From positions 124,001-188,000 of the forward strand of contig OZ374559.1 of assembly GCA_977862235.1 (NCBI GenBank): a stretch of DNA of 64,000 bases, written 5' to 3'. Under the pieces are notes generated by a model. That model worked only from the letters and a program-made list of their open reading frames with translations, was not told the origin of the DNA and ran no database searches. Position numbers and translations under genes: made by a program. Positions within the stretch are counted from its first letter, which is position 1, and the number at the start of each line of letters is the position of its first letter. Source of the DNA: Dudresnaya verticillata (taxonomy: Eukaryota). Positions 1 through 11,902 of the stretch are shown one piece after another.

Positions 1-2120
1 CAAACCCAAAGATGCCTGCCAACGCAAGAAGCAGTCTTACTGACTGAGGTTGCAAGGTTGTCGTGGAGTGCACCATCATGTCCTTCATCTTGTCTCGATG
101 GCCTCCAATGACGTATCGGGCCTTATACTTGATCTTGCCGTCCAGCGAGGACTTGATCGCGAGTACAAATCTGCCGGGAAGAACATTCGCGTCTCTTGGG
201 ATGTCTTCCTTGAGTATCACCTTGAACGTACCGCGCTGCATGAGGTTGCGGAGTTCTACCTTCTTGGCTTCAGTCATCTCGTAGTGCTTGGCTCGTTCAT
301 CGTTCGGATCAAGCACTTCCGTCATGAATATCCCATGCTCTTCCATCTTCGGGGACTTGAACGGGTTCAGACTTTTGTCGATGTCTGCCATGAAGGTTTG
401 TGCAAGAAGTTCGGGGGTGAAGTATGGTTTCACCTGCGTGACGCTGAAGGGCCGAGCGGGACTTCCTTCGATGTCTCGGATGAACACAAGCTTCTTGGAG
501 TAGTCAACTGATTCTACTTCGAAGGGTCCGAGCCATTCTCCAATGCGGTTGGCAATGATCTTCTCGCGAAATACGAGCACGCGATCACCAGGCTCATAGC
601 TGCGCTCGGAAGCAGGTGGGACAGCGTAGTGAAGTGCTCGTCTGACCTTGAGCTCAGCCATCCGCTTCTTCATCTCCGCACGAGCAGCTGTAGCAATAGA
701 AGCGCGTTCAGCTACCGTGGGTCGAGGTCCGGGCTCTTCAGACAAGGTGGCAATTTGTGGAAATTCTCCGAAGACAAGAGCAGAAGGTACTAGGCCTTCG
801 GGTCCAAGGGTGTCGTTCATTGCCTTCACAGATGAAGCTAGAAGAATCTCCTTGCCTGCATGCGGGTAAGCATGTCGGAGCTTGCGGTATGTCGTTCGCA
901 GCGGCTCATGGTACCTCTCGCACAGTCCAAGACTGGAGTGGGCTTCAATGCCGGTGCGGTTGACTTCAACGTTGTTGACTTGGGCTATGTGGATGAACTG
1001 TTGTCCAAACTGTGAGCCTTGGTCAGTGAGAATGCTGTTCGGACGTCCACAGTAGACGAGAGTCCAGCATGACATCAAGGTTGTCCAGATCTTCTGCGTC
1101 GACACATCAGGGAGGAATCGTGCGGCGCTGAACTTCGTGGCTTCGTCAACGATGTGGAGAACAGGCGCTGATTCAAGTGACATGATGTCAATGAGGATGA
1201 GTTCATTGAATCTTAAGTCTTCGGCACCAAACGATACACGGAAACGATGAGGAGCGTGTTGTATTCGTTGACACGGGTCGGAACGTTTCGCGATGTCTTT
1301 CAGCGTTTCCAGTGTTTGAGGTGTAGCTTCCTCTGGACGTGCTCGCTTAATAAGGTTGTATAGCTTCTGTGCGCTTACATGGAAGAACTGTCGGTGAAGT
1401 CTTCGCAACTGTGGACGCGTGAAGTAGCTGGCTGTCGAGAAGTGCATCTGAGCATACAAGTGGTTTCTTCCAGAGCGGGTCAACGGCACCTGCCATGTTG
1501 AGGTGCACCAGCTTCCCTTCTTGGTCGGTATGTCTCGTACGCTTGATGAGTTGGTTCGAGACAGTGCATGGAGTCAAGGAGTGTTTGTCCAGTACATCCA
1601 TGCCAAGAAGTGCGGGGATATCGGCTTCGACAATGTCCATTTCAACGTCGATGTTGCTTATGCCTGGTGGGGTCAACAGCGGTATGGAAATGCGACCGAG
1701 TGACTCGTACGTGGCGTCGGCAAAGCGAAACCTGTTGCGCGAGGGCATGAGTCTTCGGGAATGTATGCCTGCAGCAGTAAGGATGCGCTGCATCTCTTTG
1801 CGTCCTACGACAGACTTTGGAGCCCCTATGTCCACACAGAAGCCAGCTGGTCTTGTATTACGTATCTCCTTTCCAAGAGAACCAACGTGGATGCATACCA
1901 TGAAGATGTCTGGTGGTTTGATGCTTTGGGATGGGTGGGAGTGCCTGGGGACTGCTTTGCGATGATGCTTCTGCCATCGCTTGTTCGCTCGGCGACAAGG
2001 CTGAGGCATTACATGCTCTTGTCGCCTATCCAAAAATCCTGCGGCATACCAGCCGAGATGTGGTTGGTTACAATCTCCCCTTCCAAGTTCTCGATAGGGT
2101 CTACGAAGTTGGTCTGGATT
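1..2120 (-). mobile_element. Degenerate Ty1/copia LTR retrotransposon (protease-integrase-RT order), running off the window start
   Basis: Minus-strand translation gives protease-like CVDIGAPKSVVG, integrase-like LHIVDEATKF...ILTDQGSQF, then copia RT-like NVLPGRFVLAIK...YKARYVIGGHRD. Frameshifted; no LTR identified; the right boundary is approximate. Confidence 0.8.
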
Positions 2121-2764
2121 CCGGTGTTGGCTAGAGCCGTTGGTGGCCTATTGCTACCTGGGCCATATCGCGATATTCTTTTGCATCGCGCTGAATAAAG
2201 TGCATCTCTCTCTCTCTCTCGCCTTCTCCGCTTTCAAGCGTTGGCGATCAATCGCCGTCGGCTTGCGCTTCAGGTACGTCCTTGGTCCTTGAGTGGACGG
2301 GGCGACCTAGTTAGTGCCCTTCGAATCCGACCCTAAAGGCCCCCATCTCTCTTACTGAATTGCACGATTCTCGGCGCATGTACAACGTGCAGGGGCCCTC
2401 AAATTCATGCGCTCCAGCGGCCACAGGCCCGAAGTGTAGCTTGCGCTTAGGGCTCGCATAAGGCGACGGCGCCGGCCATACGTTTTTTTATCAGAACGTT
2501 GTGGAGGGCCAAGTGAGCCGTCCTTCGGTGATTCTCCTGTTGGGACAAAAGCCGAACAATAGCGCTGCGGCGGGGACAACAAGACGGTCGTTGTGCTACA
2601 ACGTGGAGCTTCGACAGGCCACACGATGTGTTTGGATGGCTAACTTTTCACCGCGCCGCGCTGCATAAATAGAGCCGTGCGGTTGGAGCACCCGCTCCCG
2701 ACACATACCCCAACCATCCCATCTCCAACCGTCTCTACCCGCTTGACCGCCCGCTCCTGCCGAC

Positions 2765-5700
2765 ATGGATGCCACACCGCAGCGCCGTGCCCTTCGCCAA
2801 GCTATCGACGACAATGCCGACGTCCACGCCATGGTTGCACTCGCCTTTGTGTACTGGGGCGCTTCAGATGGAGGGCCTGTTCTACCTTTGCAAGCCGTCG
2901 CCTTGCTCGAGCGAGCGATTGATGAGGGCGACCATGACGAAGCGCGGCATGGCCTTGCACTGTTGCTGAAGGAAGGGGCCGCGGGAGTGCCCAAGGACGA
3001 GCGCCGCGCCGCGGAGCTGGTCGAGCGCGCCAACGCGCGAGATCCGCGCGGGGTGTCGCTGTTCTATCTCGGAGTGCGTCTTCATTTCGGATTGGGCCAT
3101 TTTGTCAAAGACACAAAGCGCGCGGCAGCGCTGTACGAACGAGCCGTTGCAGAGTTTGCGAATGTGGACGCAATGGTCAATTTGGGCGTTCTCCTCGCAG
3201 ACGGCGACGGCGTCGCCAAAGACGCTCCGCGCGCCGCTGCGCTGTACGAGCGCGCCATCGCGGAGGGCGAAGATGTCTTCGCAATGACCGGTTTGGGCCA
3301 ATTGCTGCTGAAGGGCGAAATCGATGTTCCGCGAGACGTTCCGCGCGGCGTCGAACTGCTCGAACGCGCCTGCGACAGCGGTCACGAGAGGGCCCCAATT
3401 TATATGGTTTTGTTGGGCCAAGCGCTTTTGTCCAATCATATCGGAGACGCGCGCGATCCGCCGCGCGCGAAGAGCCTCTTCCAACGCTCAATCGAACGGA
3501 CAGGACTGTTCTTGGTCCTTTTCCCTTCCCTGCTGACAACACCCTTGGGCCTTCCCTAGGCCGTCTACGCTCTTCTGTTGGCAAACAGTGTCAAGCCCGA
3601 CTTAATGATGTAACCACGTTCTTGAATTCTTTCCATGTTACTCCTCATGACTCAAGGTCTCCCGGGTCTGTGCATCATGAGCTTTTTTCTTCTTTTAATG
3701 CCGTGGTTTTGGCCTCTGTGACCCCGTCATCCAACTCTAGTGATGATCTTCGCTGTCGTCTTCGTCTGCAATCTACCTGCACGGCCAGTTCTGCGCGCGC
3801 ATTTGCCGCTGTACCTTCCTCCTTCCACGGTACTCGGGTCGAAGCTGAAGTTTGGATATCAATGATCCAGCTACGACTTGGACTTCCCATTTTCAGTGGA
3901 GATGACCCATGCCCCCGTTGTGTTGATGGTACCGCTTCTGTTCCCTCTCTTCTTGATGTTTATGGGCATCATGCTACGGTCTGCTCTTCTCGTGAGGGCA
4001 CGATTCGCCGTCATGATCATCTTCGGGATCGCTTAAGCGTCTTATTTCAGACTATCGCCCGCCCCCATGGCGTGCGCGTTGAAGTTGAGCATCGTTTCAC
4101 TTATTCGGATGAGCATGGGCCCCGTAGCTCTGTCCCCAACGCTGCCCGAACACGTGCTGAACGCATACGTGACGGGCTTCATGCTGCTTCTGGTGGTCCC
4201 CCACAGCCTGTTGATCCACGTGACCAACTGCGTATGGATATTTTCGTTGATGATCGTGGCTTTGCCCCTCACCCCCATGGATTTGATGTCTCGATCGTCA
4301 GTCCCCATTCTATTCATGGTTCCACTGGTCGCGTTGCTGGCCAAGCCATTGCAGCTCGCGAACGTGTCAAACGCTCTCATTACCGCCGCGTATGCGCTAG
4401 TTTGGATATGGTTCTCCATCCTATGGTTGTAGATGTCTATGGCCGTGTTGGATCTGGCTTTGAAGTTGGCGCCCAACGTATTGCTAATTTCATTGCCAGC
4501 AAGCGCGGGACCTCTCCGTCTACGGAGAAACTTCGCCTCACTACTCGTTTACTCTCTTTAGTTCTCCAATGCGTCGCGGTGAGTGTCAACCGCCGCAAGC
4601 TTGCTCCTCCGCCTCTTTATGGTAGCTCTGAATCCTAAGCCCCCTTAAGGGGCTTCTCTCTTGTTCTTTAATAAAGGTCTCTCTCTCAATCGAACTCCAT
4701 CGCTCCCGCGTCGCACTCTATGAGCTCGCCACATTGCTTGGCCGCGGAGATGTCGGTGTTGCTCGCGATGAGAGCGCAGCAGCCCAACTGCATCAACAAG
4801 CAGCGCATCAACAGGTAACGCCTCTTGAGCTTAAAGTAATCGGCATCCGGTCGCAATACCTTGTCAACCGCATCGGTGACACCAGCACACTTGTTGAAAA
4901 CACCCTCAAGACCGCCATAGCAAAGCCACGGCAGTGCTTTCTTCTTGTTCTCGGCGGTGCGGCACGCGGTAAGACAAGCACGGTAAGGAGCCTGCGCTCC
5001 ATGCCCTTCGTTGCCACCCACCAACCGACACACTTTGTATCGCTGAGTCGCACTCTTGTCGTCCCGGACGGCCCCAAGTTGGACGATGACATTGTCGACC
5101 AGCTCGCCTTCAACAGCGAGGCCTTCCATGCCCTCATGTCACGGTCTGAGATTCAAGAGGTACCCACGCCAACGGAACGACCAACGTCATCTACAGCAAG
5201 TGCATCCGATGCCGGCTCCTTTCGAGCTGGATCGGCGTTTCTCCCAACTGCAACTGATGCATCATCGCGGCCGAGTGAAAAATCCACCGCAAGATTCCGC
5301 CTTAAACTCCGCACTTGGCTCAAGCGAGCTCCTCCGACCAAGAGGACCGTTCCCCAGATTGGAGACACATTGGCAAGCAGCCATACCACTGCTCAACAAC
5401 CACCAGCTCCGCCCAGTATTGCTGTTTCGCAGTCTATAAACTCCCAAGCGTCTCCCATTTGGGAAGCAGCACGGCAAGGGCTCATGAGTTCCGGCTTTCC
5501 TGCCGATAATCGAGCTGCGTTGGTGCAATGCTGGGACCTTGGGGTTCAGGCAGAGTACCTCAGTGTTCCCGCAATCTTCATCCGCCGCGCTTCCATTTTT
5601 GTTTTCGTGTTAGATCTGAAAAGGTTTGCGTCAGAAGTCACCCAAGAGGACGAAGTGTTAGAACTATGCAACTGGATGCAAATGGCACATGCGTCTTCGC

Positions 5701-7649
5701 AAACCCCGAAAAACGTTTGGGTGATCCTGGTGGGAACCAGGAAGGCAGAAGTTGAAAGCCCTGAAGACTTGTTTCAGCAGCTGCGACAAAAACTGCGAAA
5801 GCATCTCGGAAGGGCTGTCTACGATGACTGGGTACGTGAGAAGGGCGATGTCGACAAATGCAAGTGTCGGTGGGTTGCCATCGAGAACAAGAACAGCAGT
5901 GCTGAACAAGACCGTGCCGGGTCAGGCGTTGTGGAACTAGAGAAGAGAATCAAGGAAGCGAGTGAAGACATTCTTGGCGGAAGGGAAGAGGTTCCAGTTC
6001 GGTGGGCTGCCCTCAGGGAAGCCATTTTGTCAGACGCCACTGAAAGCCAAGAAGTCTTTTTGGCAATGGGAGAAGTCCATAGCCATGCTGCCAGACTTCC
6101 CGGATTCTCTAGTGACAAGGAGGAGAGAGAAGCAGACGTTGAGAAATGCGTCCAATTCCAGGGCCAACAATGGCATATTGTCGAAGTTCAGACGGCCGAG
6201 GGATGGTACGTGTTTCCAGATCCGAGCACAATTCTGGACTTTATTCGGCAGGTCACGGGGCCGGCGGCATTTATGCGAGAACGACTGGGTGAAGAAGAAG
6301 CGAAAGAGTTTGAAAAGAAGATACAGACTCTGCGACAGCATGAAGCAGAAAGTTACGAGAACGGGTTGATCCCACGAAAGGGACTGGATGAATTGTGGTG
6401 TAAATACCTACCTCCTGTTCGAGATGTGATGCTTGACATTCTGTGCCGGTTTGGCATTCTAATGCGTTTGCACTCTACAGAGACGGAGGGTGATGAGCGG
6501 AAGGAGCTAGTCGGGATTCCGTCGTTGCTTCCCAAAGGTTGGGAGGGATTCCAGTGCCCTACGAAAGAAGGAGAGTGCGAAATTGTTTTGAGAACCATCT
6601 TTGACGATGCCATTCCCCCTGGCTTGGAGGGCTACTTTGTATCATTCCTTCATCGCACTATCGGAGGAGAGCGAACAAAGCCACCGGAACTTCGCCAAGA
6701 TGCTGTAATTCTTTCTCTGAAGGGGACTTGCCGCATTGTTGTTTGCTTCGTTCCTAAGAAAAGATGGATTGAGTGGACGATCAGGTGCGATGCCGTCTCA
6801 GCAATGAAGGTGGCTCAAGAATGTTTGAAAGCTATGGAAGATTTTTTGACAAGACCTCCGCACGGAAGCAACGCAGCTCGGAATCATTTTCTAGTTACTG
6901 ATTGCCCTTCGAGCATCCAGGGGGGTTGCGGTGGCTCTAAAAGTGTGTTGTTGTCAATACCTCAGACATGGGTTTCGACTGAAGAATGTCAGGCACTCGA
7001 TGAGGCAGAAGGAAAATGCTATTGCAATCAACTGTGGAACTATGGACAACTGAAGTTACATATTCTTGAGGGTGTGTCTGAGGGATCAAGCCACGATCAT
7101 TTTGAACTACGAGACTCAGTAACTCCGTATGATGTCTTTATTAGCCACGCAGGCCCGGAAAAGAGATCCGTTGCCTACCCGCTACGGAATGCATTGAAAG
7201 CAATGGGATTGCGGTGTTTTTTGGATGAAGAGAGTTTGAAGGTGTCGGAACGTACAAACGAAGAGCAAATTGGAGCGGCAATTCGCGGCAGTAAGGCTGC
7301 CGCTTTCATTCTTTCGCCGTCGTTTGTGGCTCGCAAGTGGCCGATGTTGGAGCTGTCAGAATTTCTCGAGCGAAAGCAGGGACCACAGCCACCTGTACTA
7401 TTCCCGCTTTTCTACCAACTCCAGGTGGAAGACTGCAAGAACAAGCAGCTTCCGTTCGACGACCGATTTTGGCGAGAGTTTAAAGAGAATGACTTCTTTG
7501 AACGCGAGTTCGGGAAAGAGTCGAAGGTAATGGACACAGTTGCAGCGGTGACGAAATATGCTGGTGCTCGGAACGATAGAGGAGAATCGGAAAATAAGTT
7601 CGCGAAGAGAGCTGCAGATATGTTGTTCGAGAGTTTTGAAGATACTTAA
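2765..7649 (+). pseudogene. Sel1-repeat / Roc GTPase / COR / TIR protein (~1228 aa when reconstructed), interrupted by a LINE insertion
   Basis: Sel1-like repeats in 2765-3497 (GVPKDERRAAEL, GVAKDAPRAAALYERA). Removing 3498-4695 joins them in frame (SIE-LHRSRVALYELATLLGRG) to ORF 4734-7649, which has P-loop GGAARGKT, WDLGVQ, ILVGTRK, COR-like VPVRW/IPSLLP/IPPGL and TIR YDVFISHAG...WPMLEL. Confidence 0.88.
3498..4684 (+). mobile_element. 5'-truncated non-LTR retrotransposon with restriction-like endonuclease (RLE)
   Basis: ORF 3622-4638 has CPRC...HHATVC zinc motif, RHD, RMDI...GFDVSIV...KRSHY. 3' end is AATAAAGG(TC)n. Perfect 11-bp TSD CTCAATCGAAC at 3487-3497 and 4685-4695. Confidence 0.9.
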
Positions 7650-8634
7650 GTAAATTTCTGTCACATCGCTAAACGTTTCCGTTCGCGTAAGCACCAATTG
7701 GAAGATCGCCAACTTGTACTTTTTCCATGGAGGTTCCAGTGATGGAGAGAATGGAGATACTTGTAACACAAGTGACTTCGGAATTAACTTCCGATACCAT
7801 TTTGCCTTTATTAGCAATACCGACGAGGCTTGCCTATAATTGCAAGGCCTGTGAACATAATCTTACGAAAGGGGGACTATCCTCGTCTGAAATGATGGAA
7901 AATTGCATGGACGGGCTGAAAGTACGCATCATGGTCCTTGAGTCTAGAAAGGGGTTTCATTAATTACACTCGGCTTCCTCTATCTCTCTGACCGAAGTGC
8001 CAGAATATTGGTGCTTGCGTTGGTAGCAGATCATTGCAAACAATGCCCTCGGAATTTATATCCTCGGAAGTTATGACACGTCCCACATACTATACACTAC
8101 CTGCATGTCACATTATTTTTTAATAGAACTTGTTGTTACTACAACTTGTTTATTTAAGTAACAATACTGGTTGTGGGATGTTTTTGTTCTTTTCGAGATT
8201 GGCGTCCAGTCTTATTTGACTTGAAAACTGTAGGCTGTCTGGACGTAGTTGAATAAGAGTTCGGGAAACGGATCCGGTTACTTGGGAAAATGGCAGTCCG
8301 GCGACCATTAATTTACGGGACCCGGGGAGGGATGAGAGGAGAAGAAAAGTTTGAGATTGAAAGCAACCATGAGACAATATTGTGACCCGGATATAACGAA
8401 GCTCTGAAGCACCGGTTTCTATTTCGACCTCGTCAATTCGCATCAAATTTATCACTCAGTGACTATTGTCGAGATCATCTAAAGAGCTGAAGAAGGGCTT
8501 CTGGGCAAGGAAGGAGACAGCGGTTTTGGTTTTACGATCTGCAGAACACAAACCTGTTTGTTCAACGAGTGCAAGTCCGCTCGCTATCTAGATCGCAGGC
8601 GCAGGGCTATCCGAAAAAAAAGTTGGGGATAAAA

Positions 8635-9675
8635 ATGATCGCGTACCTTCACCGAACCATTGGAAGGGAACGGACAAAACCGCCTGAACTTCGTCAAGAT
8701 GCCGTCATCCTGTCACTTGAGGGAGCATGCCGGGTTGTTGTTTGCTTTGTTCCAGAGAAGAGATGGGTGGTGTGGACCATCAGGTCGGAAAGCGATGAAG
8801 CTTTGCAGATTGCACACAAGTGTTTGCAGGGTATGGAAAGATTTTTGAATGGACCGCTGCACGGAAGTAATGCCAATTGGAGTCATCATATGATGACAGA
8901 CTGCCCTTCGGAAATTCGCGGGGGCTGTGGGGGTACCAGTACCGTACGCTTGAAAATCCCTGAGGCTTGGGTAAGAAGTGAGAAGTGTGAGACGTTGGAC
9001 CGAGCAGAAGGATCTTGTTTTCGCAATGAGCAGAGTTGCCAGACTTGGACGTACAAGCAGTTGAAGGTGCACATCCTTGGGAGAGTACTTGGGGGCCCAA
9101 GTCATCGCCCTTTTAGATTGCCAGAACCCGTAATGCTATACGCTGTATTTATCAGCCATGCCGGGGAAGATAAGGAGTCACTTGCATTCCCGCTACGGAA
9201 TGCGTTGGAGAAGAGGGGCCTACGTTGTTTTCTGGATAAAATGTGTCTGAAGGTTTCCCCGCAAAAGATCGAAGAAAGAATCTGGGCAGCAGTCCGGGGC
9301 AGCAAGGCTGGCATCTTCATCCTGTCACCGTCGTTTGTCTCTCGCAAGTGGCCCATGGTGGAGCTGTCAGAATTTCTCAAGCGCAAACAAGGGTCACAGC
9401 GCCTTATGCTGTTCCCGCTATTCTACAAACTCCAATTCAGAGATTGTAGGAACAAACAGCTTCCGTTCGACGATCGATTTTGGCGAGTGTTTAAAGATAA
9501 TCGCTTCTTTGACCGCGCAGAGGTCGGGAATAATTACCCAGTGACGAAGGTAATGGATACACTTTCGGCGCTGACGAAGTATTTTGGTGCTCTGAACGAT
9601 CAAGGCGAGTCGGAAAATCAGTTAGCAGAGAGAGCAGCAGATATGCTGTCTGCGTGTTTAAGAAAAATCCAATAA
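8635..9675 (+). CDS. Truncated paralogue: C-terminal COR part plus TIR domain (346 aa from ATG 8635)
   Basis: From LHRTIGRERTKPPELRQDAVILSL onward it aligns with the C-terminus of ORF 4734-7649. TIR motifs VFISHAG and WPMVEL; reading frame is open. Confidence 0.75.
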   Translation: MIAYLHRTIGRERTKPPELRQDAVILSLEGACRVVVCFVPEKRWVVWTIRSESDEALQIAHKCLQGMERFLNGPLHGSNANWSHHMMTDCPSEIRGGCGGTSTVRLKIPEAWVRSEKCETLDRAEGSCFRNEQSCQTWTYKQLKVHILGRVLGGPSHRPFRLPEPVMLYAVFISHAGEDKESLAFPLRNALEKRGLRCFLDKMCLKVSPQKIEERIWAAVRGSKAGIFILSPSFVSRKWPMVELSEFLKRKQGSQRLMLFPLFYKLQFRDCRNKQLPFDDRFWRVFKDNRFFDRAEVGNNYPVTKVMDTLSALTKYFGALNDQGESENQLAERAADMLSACLRKIQ

Positions 9676-11675
9676 AGTATGCCATCATAGGTGTAGCTGT
9701 GTGCTGCTTTCAACCGCAATCGTTCTATGTTTCTCGCTAAAGCCTCCATCACTTTTTTTGTACAATAGTAATGCACTCATCTTCTGAAATGCCCAGCAAT
9801 GGCTCCATGCGAAAGCATCATGGTCTGTGTTTTCATTTCTAATGTCAAGGACAGGCTCAGATCACGCTCCATGGTTGCAGTCTTTGTTCCGTACGACAAT
9901 ATAAATAAAATACCACATGTTAGGACCACGTTAAACAACAAATAAAACACAACGACACACATGTTGCAAATGGTCTTTCTGGCACCCGGAAGGGTGGTCT
10001 TTCTGGCAACCGGAAGTGTCCAATATAGCACGGTTTGCGTTCTTTTCGCCGCGTTTGGAAAATTACGGCAACTCTGTGGGCGTATGGAAAGACTCTGATG
10101 GCAATCGTGTACCCTGGCAGGGTACCTGTGGCGAGCGGATGTCCGGCAACGGAACTTGGTGGCGCAGTGCAAGGTCAAGGTTTTAGCCGGGCACATTGCC
10201 GGCGTAGGCGGGAGACCGGCAGGCTCGGCTAGTTTTAGTACAGGACAGCTGTGTGCGGCCGGTTTCAGATACAGACAAGCAGCAACGAAATGGGGGCCTG
10301 TACATTCTGCGTTGCTTCGATTGGCAGAAGCACTGGTTCGTCTCAGAGGCTGCTTATGCTGTGATGGTCCGAGCACTGGTGCTGTAGTACTCTTGAAATG
10401 ACAGGAGCGGGATAAGGTGAGTCGGACGATGCAGTAGTACTGCGATCCTTGCACAACGTAATCAGAACGAGTCCGCCGTACGCGGTGGGGAACACAACTG
10501 GAGACTGGGTCCAGTTACATGCGAAATTGCAGGCGACGGGTGAGATAAGTGAATGGGCAAAGACGATGATGAGCGAAGTGGAAAAAGTGTGCTCCGAGAC
10601 TGTGGGCCAAGGCAATAACGCCGTGTTTGAAGGGTGAGGATCATCGTCTTTTGCACACATTGCAAGTTTGGTATACGGATACAGGATGCGCTTTAACGAA
10701 GGGCAAACAGTTATGAGCTGTGGGGCACTGAAAAGGGCAAGCTATTCGTTGAAAAGCTTTTTGGCAACTGGTTGAACAAGATTATGAAACTGGAGCGCGA
10801 GAGTATCAAAGAAGTGAAAGGGTAAACGTCACTTTACAAGTGAAAGGGAGAGTGGAAATCGGAGCGTATGAAGGCGTGGTGGAAACCAAAGTGGAGTGAT
10901 GATAAAGTTTGCTCAACAAAGTTTAGAGTGTACTTGCCTCGGCGTCAACGACCTATTGGCAAACACACTGCGTATCTAGAGCTGGCCCTATCGAGCTGTG
11001 GTGGGGTCGTCGGAGGATGTAGTATGTTGGAGGCCCGTGCGACGGATTTGTTCAATTGCTTGGCCTACGCGGGCGAGGGAGGTGGGAGTTGGGTTTGGGT
11101 GAGCCAGCAGATTCAATAGGGGTCGTAGGCTGCGGACGCGGTGGGCGGCTACCGGGTTGGGGGGAGGGATCGGGAACGTCCCTAAGTGCCATCGTATGGC
11201 GAGAATTCGATGAGCGGTGCATTGCAATTGCAGGGCCGGCGCAAAGCGTGTTGAAGTGTAGACAGGGGCCGGCCGGGTCCCAGCCACGGTGCAGGGATAC
11301 TGCGATCGAGGCGGTGAGCGGCCATGCAAACATTGTGATCCTCGCCTCGTGCCGTCTTTACTACCGGTAGTGTGTCTGATTTCTATTTCGTCCTTGTCTA
11401 TTGACATCGAAGCTCAGCTCGGTGTCCTGTCTATATTTACAAGGCTGGTTGTTGAACATTTGAGATTGTACCAAGGTGCAGGCTATACATAGAACCCAGG
11501 CGGAGTCAGAAGATGGCTTGAAAGTGCTTACAAAACACTCTTGTTATTGTTTCCGCGTTAACCCATTATTGTTAATGGCCGTACTGCCTTCCGAAAAGAT
11601 CTCCCCGTCGACAAACAGCAAAACGGAACACGAATCTCGTCCTTGCTGCAGCCCGTATGTACCACTTTCAACCGA

Positions 11676-11902
11676 GGAGGAGAGAACTTTATTAAAGAAC
11701 AAGAACCGACCTCGCTTCGCACTCACCTTTTTACATCAACCAGCACCCACGACCACCGCCACAGAGAAGATGGATGGCATCCCCCTATCGTTTGTTTCTT
11801 TTCCCTCCTAGTCCCAGTATATTTTGCTGTGGGGGGCAGACCCGCACCCGACACACTAGTAGCTGCTCGTGCACTTGACAGCGTGCCTTCGCCCGGCTGG
11901 CA
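11676..11902 (-). mobile_element. Short TC-tailed retroposed insertion (SINE-like or heavily truncated LINE)
   Basis: Minus-strand 3' end CTTGTTCTTTAATAAAGTTCTCTCC matches the tail of the RLE LINE. Imperfect TSD ACTTTCA(A)CCGA at 11664-11675 and 11903-11913. Confidence 0.5.

Noticed and set aside
9970..10018. 24-bp tandem duplication TGGTCTTTCTGGCA.CCGGAAG
   Set aside because: Two adjacent units with no spacer; ordinary local duplication.
10020..10640. Coding-like fragments on the plus strand
   Set aside because: Broken by stops, and no family recognised.
10988..11330. LAIRWHLGTFP resembles the LINE ORF2 tail GIRWYCGSFP
   Set aside because: Match too short to call a LINE remnant without an alignment.
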